Of a stretch of DNA of 40,011 nucleotides, positions 17,537 to 27,371 are shown piece after piece. How positions within the stretch are numbered: position 1 is the stretch's first letter; each line of letters starts with the position of its first letter. The position numbers and the translations under genes were made by a program. A model generated the notes under the pieces. The model saw only the letters and a list, made by a program, of their open reading frames with translations. It was not told the origin of the DNA and made no database searches. Origin of the DNA: Waddliaceae bacterium (GTDB lineage: Bacteria > Chlamydiota > Chlamydiia > Chlamydiales > SLFE01). The stretch lies in NCBI GenBank assembly GCA_963783885.1, contig CAWAPJ010000003.1, positions 1 through 40,011 of the forward strand, in the 5' to 3' direction.

Positions 17537-18739
17537 TTAAGGAATTGTTAGAACAGTTCCCGGCTGGATTTTGTTTTCATCCGCGATTGCAGCGTGGTTG
17601 GCTTCCAGAATTCTCTTCCATTTACGAGTGGTTCCATAGTACTTTTCGGAAATTTTCATCAGGGTTTCTCCTTGTTGCACAAGGTGCACCCTTGGTTCGA
17701 TATCCATAACTTCTGCTGAAAAATCAGGAGTCTGCTTTCGGCTTCCCATCTGTCCGATCAGTTCGGAATACGTCTGCTGCGTCTGCTTCAGTTGCTTGGT
17801 GAGGTCCTGCCTAGAACTTTCCATTTTCTGCAATGAATCTTTCTGTTCATTTAAAGCAGCTTGAAGCTGGTCGACAATCTGTTCTTTGATGATCCGTCTT
17901 TTCTTTTCTTCCTTGTATTTATCTTCAAAAGCAACGAGTGTTTTGATGATTTCATTTTTGTCATGAACTTCCGTTTGAAGAGAGTTAATTTGAGATTTTG
18001 CCAATTCCCCGCTTTTTGTAAGAGCCGCGATTTCATCACGCAGCCCTTGTTTGTTTTTTTCTTCCAGAGACATACTTGATTGCAGCATCTCGGTCTTTTG
18101 GGCCACTTTTTTCTCCAGCAATTCTATTGTATCGGCATTTTCTTCAAGAGCTGACAGCAATGTATGATTTTCTTCTTTGAAATGAGCCAAGGAATCAACT
18201 TCTTTTTTCAATGAGGTAATTTGATCCAGAAATTCCTGTTTCCGCTTTTCTTCAATCTCCATATTTGCTTGCAGCATCTCGTCTTTCTTGATGAGAGATT
18301 TTTTTGCCTCTTCCAGTTTGGCTTTAAGTTCGATGACGGGTTGATTGAGTTTTTTTAGAGCGGCATATCCCCGTTTACTTTTTTCAAGCTCATCGGTCAA
18401 TTCCTGAATTTTGCTTTCATAAGAGACTTTATCTTCATTGCGGGATGCCAAAATATCCTTGAGATCTTCGAGCTGCCTTTCGAGCTCTAGAGCCGTATGA
18501 TCGCTTGCCCGCATTTCCGCATCGACAAGCTGGGCATCCAGCAAGTGGATAAGTTGTAAGGCCCCGCCACTTTGTTTCTCAGCATCCGAATGAAAAGTCT
18601 CTTCCTGAGTTTCTTGAGGCTTTTCCCCTTGAGTCCCCTGGATAAGCAACGCGACTAAAATGGCCACGATAGCCAGGCAAGAGATAAAGACAATCCGACG
18701 AAAATTTTTGCGAGATTGAGTATTCTGACTATCCTGCAT
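17537..18739 (-). CDS. Membrane-anchored coiled-coil protein with a C-terminal LysM domain
   Basis: N-terminal TM segment, long heptad-rich region, HLVQQGETLMKISEKYYG..W..I..AN..IQPGTVLTIP. Confidence 0.88.
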   Translation of the reverse strand: MQDSQNTQSRKNFRRIVFISCLAIVAILVALLIQGTQGEKPQETQEETFHSDAEKQSGGALQLIHLLDAQLVDAEMRASDHTALELERQLEDLKDILASRNEDKVSYESKIQELTDELEKSKRGYAALKKLNQPVIELKAKLEEAKKSLIKKDEMLQANMEIEEKRKQEFLDQITSLKKEVDSLAHFKEENHTLLSALEENADTIELLEKKVAQKTEMLQSSMSLEEKNKQGLRDEIAALTKSGELAKSQINSLQTEVHDKNEIIKTLVAFEDKYKEEKKRRIIKEQIVDQLQAALNEQKDSLQKMESSRQDLTKQLKQTQQTYSELIGQMGSRKQTPDFSAEVMDIEPRVHLVQQGETLMKISEKYYGTTRKWKRILEANHAAIADENKIQPGTVLTIP

Positions 18740-18835
18740 AGCATCTCCTTTTACCTAGATAGTGGAAACATACAAGATTTACAATTGCAAATCCAATATT
18801 TTTTATGCATAGTCTGATAATAAAGGAATGATTTA

Positions 18836-20902
18836 ATGGCCAAAGAAAGATTTACAAATCGATTGATCCGCGAAAAATCCCCTTATCTTCAGCAGCATGC
18901 CCATAATCCTGTTGACTGGTTTCCCTGGGGAGAGGAGGCTTTTGACGCTTCAAGGAAAAGCGGCAGGCCGATTTTCCTCTCGATTGGGTATGCCACTTGC
19001 CACTGGTGCCATGTGATGGAAAGGGAGACATTCGAGAGCGAGGATATCGCCCGGGAAATGAACGACCTTTTTATCAATATCAAAGTGGATCGGGAGGAAC
19101 TCCCTCAGGTAGACGCCTTATACATGGAGCTGGCTCAAGCCCTGATGGCCGGAGCTGCCGGCTGGCCGCTCAATCTGATTCTGACACCTGAACTCAAGCC
19201 TATATTCGCCGCAACCTACTTGCCTCCCTCATCGCAACATGGCCTGATCGGAATGAAAGAGTTGATGGAGCGCATAAGACAACTATGGAATAGTGAAGAA
19301 AAAGAAAGGGTAAAAGCGCAGGCAGCAGCCGTTGTTGACGTATTAAACCGAAATAAAATTGTTAAGGGCAAGCGATTGCCAAATCAGCAACTCCTCGACG
19401 AAACTGCAGAGCTCTTATTCAAGATTGCAGACCCTATTTACGGCGGAATCAAAGGAAGTCCTAAATTTCCTCTGGGTTATCAACAAATTTTCCTCCTGAA
19501 TTATTCGGTAAAATCAAAAGACAGCCGCGCTTTCTATTTGGCTGAAAAAACGTTGCAAATGATGGAGCAAGGGGGAATCTATGATCATATCGGAGGAGGG
19601 TTTTCTCGATATTCCGTAGATGAAAAGTGGCTGATTCCTCATTTTGAGAAGATGCTCTACGACAATGCGCTCCTAGCTGAGACCTACGCTACGGCATGGC
19701 AGCTTACTGGAAAAGACACTTATAAAGAGGTCGCCTCGGAAACTCTGGATTATTTATTGAGGGATATGAGGCACACCAAAGGAGGTTTTTACTCTGCAGA
19801 AGATTCCGAGTCGTGCGGAGAGGAAGGCCTCTTCTACACATGGCTCTATAACAACATTATCGAATACCTTGGCAAAGATTCCGAAGATTTCTGCGAATAT
19901 TACAACATCACCAAATCCGGCAACTTTCATGGGAGAAATATACTGAATGTGACCGTTCCTCTGGAGGATTTCGCCGCAAAAAAGGGAATCGACCCCAGAG
20001 AGCTGCAAAACAAGCTGGCAAAACAGAAAGAAACGCTCTGGAAAATACGAGAAACTTCCCCCCACCCATTTAAAGATACTAAAATCCTCACATCGTGGAA
20101 CGGAATGATCACCCACTCCCTTGCTCTCGCTGGCATGATCTTCAATCGGGATGACTATCTGCAGGCGGCCCAAGACTGCGCTCGATTCATTCAAGAGAAT
20201 CTTTGGAAAAACGGCGAGCTTCTCCGCAGGTGGATGGACGGCGAGCCTCTTCACCCCGGAACCCTTGACGATTATGCTTTTACAATAAGAGCCTGCATCA
20301 CTTTATTTGAGGCCGATTTAGGCTCTAACTGGCTGGAATGGGCTTATGAACTCACCGATGTTGTCTCCGACCTTTTCAAAGGCGAAGACGGCGCCTTTTA
20401 TCAGACGGCTCCGGCAGACAGCAGCCTAATTATCCGCAATATTCAATTTTCCGACGGCTCGGAACCATCCGGCAACTCCATCCATACGGAAAATCTCCTC
20501 CGTCTCTATGAACTGTCAACTGATATCAATTATATTGACGCAGCCGAGGACGTCCTAAAAGCGGTTAATCAGTTGATCGAGAGCTACCCCTTGGGCTATG
20601 TCTGCCACCTCATGAACCTCCTCAGATATTATGACCCCAATCCCGTGACTCTTGTCGTTGCCTTAAACTACGAAGAGAACGGGCGAAAAGACATATACAA
20701 CCTGATCAATCAAACCTTCATTGCCCACCGCTCAGTTATTTGGAGAAGAGAGAATGACCAATTGCTTATGGATATCCTCCCCTTCCTCAAAAAGCAAAAA
20801 CCGGTCGGCGGAAAAACCACCCTCTACATTTGCCACAAAGGGGTTTGCAAAGAGCCTCTGACAGATTTCAAAGACATGCAAATGGCTCTCGAGCAGTTAT
20901 AA
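18836..20902 (+). CDS. yyaL: Thioredoxin-domain protein of the YyaL/DUF255 family
   Basis: [46 protein letters not shown]. Confidence 0.93.
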   Translation: MAKERFTNRLIREKSPYLQQHAHNPVDWFPWGEEAFDASRKSGRPIFLSIGYATCHWCHVMERETFESEDIAREMNDLFINIKVDREELPQVDALYMELAQALMAGAAGWPLNLILTPELKPIFAATYLPPSSQHGLIGMKELMERIRQLWNSEEKERVKAQAAAVVDVLNRNKIVKGKRLPNQQLLDETAELLFKIADPIYGGIKGSPKFPLGYQQIFLLNYSVKSKDSRAFYLAEKTLQMMEQGGIYDHIGGGFSRYSVDEKWLIPHFEKMLYDNALLAETYATAWQLTGKDTYKEVASETLDYLLRDMRHTKGGFYSAEDSESCGEEGLFYTWLYNNIIEYLGKDSEDFCEYYNITKSGNFHGRNILNVTVPLEDFAAKKGIDPRELQNKLAKQKETLWKIRETSPHPFKDTKILTSWNGMITHSLALAGMIFNRDDYLQAAQDCARFIQENLWKNGELLRRWMDGEPLHPGTLDDYAFTIRACITLFEADLGSNWLEWAYELTDVVSDLFKGEDGAFYQTAPADSSLIIRNIQFSDGSEPSGNSIHTENLLRLYELSTDINYIDAAEDVLKAVNQLIESYPLGYVCHLMNLLRYYDPNPVTLVVALNYEENGRKDIYNLINQTFIAHRSVIWRRENDQLLMDILPFLKKQKPVGGKTTLYICHKGVCKEPLTDFKDMQMALEQL

Positions 20903-21017
20903 TTTAATTACTTCTAAGAAAAAAATTTAAATAAATTTTTTACTATAAAACTATATCACCACTGGATATTAATCCTAAATTGTGTTAAAATTCATTACCA
21001 AATATTTTGGTTAAGTT

Positions 21018-21212
21018 ATGTTATTTCTACCATCAGAAAATAATTATGGCATTCCGGGTGTCCCCGAAGATTTGGATTGTACACTTTTTCCGGATCCAAC
21101 ACCTGTCGCGTTTGTTCCTACAGACGATTCACAAGAATTAACTTTTGAAAAAGTCAACGAAATTGCCTTGGATCAATTCTCCGAAAATGAAATTGAAAAA
21201 AACGAGGGCTAG
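21018..21212 (+). CDS. Small acidic hypothetical protein or gene remnant
   Basis: 64-aa ORF in an otherwise empty AT-rich gap; no clear RBS. Confidence 0.35.
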   Translation: MLFLPSENNYGIPGVPEDLDCTLFPDPTPVAFVPTDDSQELTFEKVNEIALDQFSENEIEKNEG

Positions 21213-21557
21213 CTGTAAAAGTTTTTTTCGACAAGACACTAGGCCTTTAATTTTGGGACATTCTCGTCAATTCTACCGCTGAATACGTTATTAGTCTAAC
21301 TTATTTTAGGAGTTAAACTTCGCAATACACTTCCTGCCAATGAACAATTTTTCCTTCTCTATTAAATCCGAGTATCATGACCGCTTCCAATTTTTGAGTT
21401 TTACCGTCTGTTCTGACGATGATCGCCTTTAAAGGAACCACAACTTTATCGTCGGAACAAATGTATTCTTGGACGCTGTAATCAAGACTATCGATGGCGT
21501 TGTTGCATAAATCACCACTGAGACCACCGAGCTCACTGAGAGATTATGAGAGAGGAA

Positions 21558-21965
21558 TTAAATGATTAGACGCCTAATCCCATTTTTTAGAAGTTTTACA
21601 TTGAAATTGATGAGCAAACCTCTGCCACCGCCATTATGCTTAAGATAGGATAGAAGTTGGGCCTCATGAACAGGCAAGAGATTGGCCACAGATTTTATCT
21701 CCAAAATAATCTTATCTTCCACTATCATATCGATCCGGTAGCCTGAGTCTAGCTTTTTATCACGATAAATAATAGGTACTGGTATCTGCCGGTTAACTTT
21801 CAAACCCGCAAGGTTCAACTCGTAGCAAAGACAAGTTTCGTATGTCGATTCAAGCAAGCCTGGACCTAATCTTCGATGAACTTCAATCGCAGCACCTATG
21901 ATTTCCCCTGTTAAAAGGTCATTTCTTTTTTGGTTGGCTTCTTCAGTTGTGTGGGTACTAGTCAT
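21558..21965 (-). CDS. GxxExxY protein (PD-(D/E)XK nuclease-like)
   Basis: LGPGLLESTYE, YRIDMIVEDKIILEIKSV, HEAQLLSYLK, GLLINF; GGAG RBS. Confidence 0.93.
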   Translation of the reverse strand: MTSTHTTEEANQKRNDLLTGEIIGAAIEVHRRLGPGLLESTYETCLCYELNLAGLKVNRQIPVPIIYRDKKLDSGYRIDMIVEDKIILEIKSVANLLPVHEAQLLSYLKHNGGGRGLLINFNVKLLKNGIRRLII

Positions 21966-22049
21966 CTTTTCTCCAAAAAGGGCGAATGCGAGCTTGCCGA
22001 CAAATACCTAATACTCTAATTTTTAGTTGCAACAAATTGGAGGATCAAG

Positions 22050-22994
22050 ATGAAGGCAAAATATCGCATTCGCAACTGGAACGACTATAACAAATCTCTT
22101 ATTCAAAGGGGAAGCATAACTGTTTGGTTTTCTGAAGATGCTATCAATAAGTGGATGGCTCCAAAAGAAATAGGAAAAAAGGGGCGTCCAAAACTCTATT
22201 CTGATGACGCTATTCTCACCGCGCTCATTATTCGATCGGTTTTTCATCTTCCATTGAGAGCACTCGAAGGATTTTTGACATCTCTTGTTATGATTTTATC
22301 TGTTGGTTTATCGATTCCTTCTTATACTCAAATTTGTCGGAGAGCTAAGTTGTTGGGGCAAGAGTTGAAGAAACTTTCGAAAAAAAAAGTCACCAATATT
22401 GTAATCGATTCAACCGGTTTGAAAGTGTACGGAGAGGGTGAATGGAAAGTTAGGCAGCATGGAATCAGTAAAAGGCGAACATGGAGAAAGCTCCATCTGG
22501 CAGTCTGCCCTGACTCTCACGAAATTATTTTCGAAATTCTTACTGAAAATAACGTTGCAGATTGTGAAGTGTATCCAAAACTTCTCGAGGTAATGCCGAA
22601 ATCAGTTAAGCGCACATATGGAGATGGGGCTTATGATACTAAGCGATGCTATGCTGCAAATGTAGTTCACGGCTCAATTCCTATTATTCCACCCAATAGG
22701 AATGCTGTTTTTCGAGAAAACATATCTCCTTCTTGGAAGATGCGGAATATCAGTTTGCTGGAAATTTCAGGTTTAGGAGGTGATGATGATGCAAGAAAAT
22801 TATGGAAAAAGTTGAAAGGTTATCATCGTCGATCACTTGCAGAAACAGCCATGTTTAGATTTAAACGATTCTTTGGAAATGATTTAAGAAGTAGAACTCT
22901 GGAAACCCAAAGGGCTGAATCAAGGGCAAAATGTGAAGCACTAAATATAATGACAAAGCTGGGAATGCCTGAAAGTGAATTAATAGCAGCTTAA
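22050..22994 (+). CDS. IS5/IS903-group DDE transposase, apparently intact
   Basis: NW..YN..L..RGS.T.W, GRP..YSD, IDSTGLKVYGEGEW, WRKLH, GDGAYD, YHRRSLAET. Confidence 0.96.
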   Translation: MKAKYRIRNWNDYNKSLIQRGSITVWFSEDAINKWMAPKEIGKKGRPKLYSDDAILTALIIRSVFHLPLRALEGFLTSLVMILSVGLSIPSYTQICRRAKLLGQELKKLSKKKVTNIVIDSTGLKVYGEGEWKVRQHGISKRRTWRKLHLAVCPDSHEIIFEILTENNVADCEVYPKLLEVMPKSVKRTYGDGAYDTKRCYAANVVHGSIPIIPPNRNAVFRENISPSWKMRNISLLEISGLGGDDDARKLWKKLKGYHRRSLAETAMFRFKRFFGNDLRSRTLETQRAESRAKCEALNIMTKLGMPESELIAA

Positions 22995-23266
22995 ATCAAA
23001 TCTCTCATATTCTCTCTGTGCGCTCTTGTGAGCTCTGTGGTTAATTACGCAACAAAGCCACTATCGATTGTCTTACGAAATTGATTTAAGAATTCAAAAT
23101 AATTGTCATAATTGCCAGCATAAGTTCGTTCATTGGCCTTGATTAAAAAGTTAGGGGCAAAAAATTGAGAAATATCTTCTTTTTTTAAGTTGGAATCTCG
23201 AATCAAATTTGCTTTATTCCATGCAAGGAGAGCTTTAGCTGTTTTGATGTTTTCTTGACCCATAAT

Positions 23267-25990
23267 TCATAGATACTTCTTTTCAAGTTCGCGGTAAAAC
23301 ACCTTGCCGGTACCCATCATGGGAATCTCCTCGAGCTGTTCAAAATCGGTGACTTTGATTATGTAGCTTAAGCCTTGGTCGCGAAGGGCAGTGTTGATCT
23401 CGTCGACTGTTGAAGGAAAAATGGCAAAAACCATGATTTTGGGCTTGCCTTCTTCCTGCTCTTTGCCGATGACGGCAATCGATGGGCCCTCCTCGGCAAG
23501 CTGCCATCCTTTTTTCTCAGCTTGCTGATATAGCGCCGTCTCGATGGCCCCCAAACTGATCATCTCTCCGCCCGACTTCAAGAACCTCTTCAAGCGACCG
23601 GAGATCGTGAGTCGATTAAGTTCGTCAAGATAACCAAGGTCGCCTGTATTGTACCACTGTTTCCCCTCTACTTCGAAAAAGGGCACTTTGGCCACCTTAT
23701 TGAGATATCCGGAAAACACATTGGGACCGCGGGCGAGAATAAGCCCTTCTTCTCCCGTGGGAAGTTTCTCGTGGGTTTCGGGATTGATAATGATGATCTC
23801 GACATCCTCTAAGGGCTGCCCCACGCCTTGGGGTTCGACTTCAAGTCTGTTCACGGTTAAAACAGGAGAACATTCCGTAACGCCATATCCTTCTTTTAGG
23901 ACATCTTTATTTCCCATTTTTTCCATAAGCTCGAAGAGCTCCTGAGGCGCTTTTTCAGCGCCGGATACGACCCAGCGAAGTGTTTTAAACTGATCGGGTT
24001 TTCCGGCTTTAAGCATTCCTTTTAGGAATGAAGGTGCGCCGCAAATGACTGTCGGTCTCCACTTCTCGCACCCCTTGGCAAGACCCTGCCCATTTGTCGG
24101 ATTGGGATAGTAGCAGACACGCATGCCGGTCAGAGTGCCTAAGAAACATCCGGCGGTGAGTCCAAAGGAGTGGAAAGGAGGAAGTACGGAGAAAAAGATA
24201 TCGGTCGAGAAGATTTCCACCGACTTTTCAATTGAACGAATGTTGCTTAAGATGTTTTTATGGCTAAGAGGCACTCCTTTCGGAGCGCTTTCCGTCCCGC
24301 TGGTAAAGAGAATCACTGCCGTCTCGTCTTCTGAAAGAGAATCGATTTTAAAGTGTTTCAGTATTGATTCAGTACTCTTTTTGGCCGTCAGAGCCCCCTT
24401 GATTTTTTTAAAGAGAGGAATTTCCCTTTTTACATCTTCAAGCAAGAGAAGCTCATCATCGATGCCGCCAAGGTCGACGTTCCCCAGTCGGTCAATAAAA
24501 GCCCACGATGAAAGGACCCTTTGAATATTGGCCTGTTCCATAACAGATCCCAAATGGCGCCGGCCTAAGGTCCAGTTGATCATAACGGGAACCTTGCCGG
24601 CCAGCTGGCAAGCTAAAAGAGTCAGAGTCGCGCCGACACTTGCGGGAAGTAAAATCCCGATATTTTTTCCGGGAAGAGTTCTAATAAAGTCGGCAAGTAC
24701 AACCATCCCGAGTTTAAACTTCTGATAATCCATCACGCCGGAGCGGTCGTCGGCGCAGCAAATTTCTTTGCCCCAGAGAGCACAATTATTGAGAAAAACT
24801 TCGGGAATTGTATTGCCGGGAGGCATTTCAAGCTTTCGTTTTTCACTGACAGGTTTTTGCCAGGGTGACAAATCCTTGATCTCTACTTCTTCATCAGTGA
24901 CGACAATCTGTTTATCGGCTATCGCCATCATCCGGCCGACAGTCGTCAACTCAATAACAGGAACCCCTTTAACATCAAACTCGTCGTCGAGAAATAAAAC
25001 CAATTCGGCCATGTCGAGCGAGTCAAGGCTTAAATCCGAAGTGATCACAAAATTTGTTTTGATGTCGCGTGGAGGAACATTGGCAACTTCGGCGATCTTT
25101 TGGATGACTTTATTTTTTGTTTCATCCGGAATTTTATCAAGATTGACCTCCGGGTCTTCCTCAACTTCGATTTTTGGGGGCTTAGGTTCGAGATACTCTT
25201 TTTTCCATATGCTATAGGAGACTCTTAACAGAGGCTCGCCGATCACATCCGATCCGGGCTCCCGCAAACCCTCCTCGCGGTTATACCAATCTTCGAGCCA
25301 GCGGTTCATTTCAAGACGGTCGCCATAGCGGGGAAAGTCGTCCGGAGCGGCCACAAATTCAATTGTCAGAGGACGCCTCGGATTAAAAAATAAGAGATTT
25401 TTGAAGGTATGTTTGATCCCCTCCCACATGGTCGGAAATATAGGTGGCGATTTTCCGGTGTAGGCTTTGGAGAAACTGCTTCCCCACAAACCGATCGTGC
25501 GCACTAAAACGATGTTGCATTCCGGGTTTTGGCTGATAATGCGGTGTGCTCCCGAAGCGCCCCCGAGAAATTCATACCCTGTATCTTTCAAGCGTCCTGA
25601 AGGATAGAGCAAAAAATTGTCTCCCTTTTTCAAGCCTTTTGCGGCTTCCTCGAGGGCTTTGTCGCTGCGGATTTTTTTGATGCTGTTGGAGGATATTTCA
25701 TTGTTCGGTACGGGGATAGCGTTGATATACTTCATAACCGGATAAATTCCGGGAGCGTAGTACATATATTCAACAATTAACGGTCTGACAGGATACTTTG
25801 CCCAGATAGCCTGGACAACAGAGAGAGGGTCGATAGCCATCGCGGGGTGATTCGGCAAAAATAAGACCCCTCCCGGCTTGCTGAGGTTTTCCTTAGTGAT
25901 TTTATCCAAACCTTTCACTTTAATTCGATAGCGAAACCAAAGAGCGAATTTGACAATCCAGCGAATAATGAATGTAACAAATTTATGCAC
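23267..25990 (-). CDS. aas: Acyltransferase / ACP-like / acyl-ACP synthetase fusion (Aas-like)
   Basis: PlsC-like NHPAMAID and LYPSG; carrier-like DLSLDSL; AMP-binding FTSGTESAPKG, EGYGVTE, YNTGD. Confidence 0.88.
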   Translation of the reverse strand: MHKFVTFIIRWIVKFALWFRYRIKVKGLDKITKENLSKPGGVLFLPNHPAMAIDPLSVVQAIWAKYPVRPLIVEYMYYAPGIYPVMKYINAIPVPNNEISSNSIKKIRSDKALEEAAKGLKKGDNFLLYPSGRLKDTGYEFLGGASGAHRIISQNPECNIVLVRTIGLWGSSFSKAYTGKSPPIFPTMWEGIKHTFKNLLFFNPRRPLTIEFVAAPDDFPRYGDRLEMNRWLEDWYNREEGLREPGSDVIGEPLLRVSYSIWKKEYLEPKPPKIEVEEDPEVNLDKIPDETKNKVIQKIAEVANVPPRDIKTNFVITSDLSLDSLDMAELVLFLDDEFDVKGVPVIELTTVGRMMAIADKQIVVTDEEVEIKDLSPWQKPVSEKRKLEMPPGNTIPEVFLNNCALWGKEICCADDRSGVMDYQKFKLGMVVLADFIRTLPGKNIGILLPASVGATLTLLACQLAGKVPVMINWTLGRRHLGSVMEQANIQRVLSSWAFIDRLGNVDLGGIDDELLLLEDVKREIPLFKKIKGALTAKKSTESILKHFKIDSLSEDETAVILFTSGTESAPKGVPLSHKNILSNIRSIEKSVEIFSTDIFFSVLPPFHSFGLTAGCFLGTLTGMRVCYYPNPTNGQGLAKGCEKWRPTVICGAPSFLKGMLKAGKPDQFKTLRWVVSGAEKAPQELFELMEKMGNKDVLKEGYGVTECSPVLTVNRLEVEPQGVGQPLEDVEIIIINPETHEKLPTGEEGLILARGPNVFSGYLNKVAKVPFFEVEGKQWYNTGDLGYLDELNRLTISGRLKRFLKSGGEMISLGAIETALYQQAEKKGWQLAEEGPSIAVIGKEQEEGKPKIMVFAIFPSTVDEINTALRDQGLSYIIKVTDFEQLEEIPMMGTGKVFYRELEKKYL

Positions 25991-26037
25991 AAAATTCTCC
26001 TACTCTAAAAATATCCACTTTAAGTATAGCACACCTC

Positions 26038-26787
26038 TCAATAAAATACTCGAAAAAGGGACAGCCCATGAGCAGGTGCGGAGGGGCCGGCCAGGGTGCG
26101 GTCTTTTTGAGCGAAAATGCCTGAAATTGCTGAAGGTGGGAGGATCTTTCCCCTCCCTACGGCAACGAGAGTTCCGGCGATATTCCTGGCCATCTTGTAG
26201 AGGAAGCGATTTCCCCGGATAATGATCCTCAGCTGCTTTTCCGGCAGCTCCACAATGTCGACACCGTGGATTGTCCGAACAAAATTTGTTTCCCTGTCAT
26301 TTTTTTTTACATTGCAAAACGAGGAAAAATCTTGCTCGCCGATAAAAAAGCGAGCAGCCTCTTTCATGGATTTGAGGTCAAGGCAATAAGGTGTATGCCA
26401 GGAATAGAAACGGTGTCTGGGAAATTGCACCTGTCCGTACGAGACCGTATAATGATACTCTTTCCCTTTAGCATCGAGAGTCGGGTGAAAATCGCTTGAT
26501 GCTTCTTCTAACTCGACAATAGCAATATCGTGGGGAAGCAGCTGATTGAGGCTGATCAACAGTTTGGAGAGGTCAATCTCATCATTTTCCAGAAAAAAGT
26601 TAATCACCTGCCCTTCGGCATGGACTCCCGCGTCAGTGCGGCTGGCCGCCTGCAAAACAATCGGCTGCCGGGTGATAGTCTCCAAAGCTGTTTGAAGCTG
26701 TTCTTCGATGCTTGGACCCATACGGGTCTTTTGCCATCCGAGATAACCGGTTCCATCATAGGAAAGAATTGCCTTGATATTACGCAT
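26038..26787 (-). CDS. truA: tRNA pseudouridine(38-40) synthase
   Basis: YDGT.Y.GWQ, SRTDAGVHA, FLYKMARNIAG, APAHGL. Confidence 0.96.
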   Translation of the reverse strand: MRNIKAILSYDGTGYLGWQKTRMGPSIEEQLQTALETITRQPIVLQAASRTDAGVHAEGQVINFFLENDEIDLSKLLISLNQLLPHDIAIVELEEASSDFHPTLDAKGKEYHYTVSYGQVQFPRHRFYSWHTPYCLDLKSMKEAARFFIGEQDFSSFCNVKKNDRETNFVRTIHGVDIVELPEKQLRIIIRGNRFLYKMARNIAGTLVAVGRGKILPPSAISGIFAQKDRTLAGPSAPAHGLSLFRVFY

Positions 26788-27367
26788 TTTTTTCTAAAAA
26801 CAATGTAATCCCTTCCATAAACCTTTGGATGGCCAGAAGTATTAGAATCATTCCCATGAGTCTTTCAATTGCCATAAGCCCATTGCGGCCCAAGGTTCTC
26901 ATCAAAACTCGCGACGACACCAAAACAGCCGATGCTAAAATCCATCCGATTAAAATCGCCCATAGAACAATTCCTCCCTGCATATGGGAAAAAAGCATAA
27001 TGGTCGCCAAAAGAGCGGGACCGGCAATGAGTGGAATGGCCAAAGGAACGATAAATGGTTCTGTTTCAATATGAGCCTGGAATCGGAAACTTTTGGGAGC
27101 GGGAAATATGATCTTGATGGAGACAAGAAAAAGGATAATGCCCGATGTCAAACTCACTGCGGAATCGGAGACTCTCAGAAAGTCGAGGATCCAATCCCCG
27201 ATAAAGTAAAAAGCGACCATAACCCCTAATGCGATGAGCATCTCCCGCGCAATCACCCACTTTTGCTCTTTTGGCGGGATATGGCTTAAAATATTGATAA
27301 AATAGGCCACATTGCCCAAAGGGTCCATAATCAGAAATAAAATAAGGATAATGGAAATCAAAGACAT
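26780..27367 (-). CDS. MarC-family membrane protein
   Basis: MDPLGN, VPLAIPLIAGP, ERLMGMIL. Confidence 0.92.
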   Translation of the reverse strand: MSLISIILILFLIMDPLGNVAYFINILSHIPPKEQKWVIAREMLIALGVMVAFYFIGDWILDFLRVSDSAVSLTSGIILFLVSIKIIFPAPKSFRFQAHIETEPFIVPLAIPLIAGPALLATIMLFSHMQGGIVLWAILIGWILASAVLVSSRVLMRTLGRNGLMAIERLMGMILILLAIQRFMEGITLFLEKNA

Positions 27368-27371
27368 GGAT

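Larger units (their letters stand above)
21496..23059 (+). mobile_element. IS5-family (IS903 group) element, 1564 bp, with a passenger gene
   Basis: Ends read GGCGTTGTTGCATAAAT and GGCTTTGTTGCGTAATT (reverse complement); 9-bp duplication ACTATCGAT at 21487-21495 and 23060-23068. Confidence 0.93.
21313..23263 (-). pseudogene. SnoaL/NTF2-like gene (125 aa when rejoined) split by the IS
   Basis: The 5' part 23263-23060 (MGQENIK...RKTIDS) joins in frame with 21486-21313 (LDYSVQEYICSDDKVVV...FNREGKIVHWQEVYCEV-stop). Confidence 0.85.

Noticed and set aside
22021-22040. GCAACAAA just upstream of the transposase as an alternative IS left end
   Set aside because: Only 8 bp match, the orientation is that of a right end, and there is no target duplication. 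The outer ends have a perfect 9-bp duplication.
23045-23263. 72-aa ORF as an independent small gene
   Set aside because: It is the 5' half of the IS-split gene; its last four codons come from the IS end.
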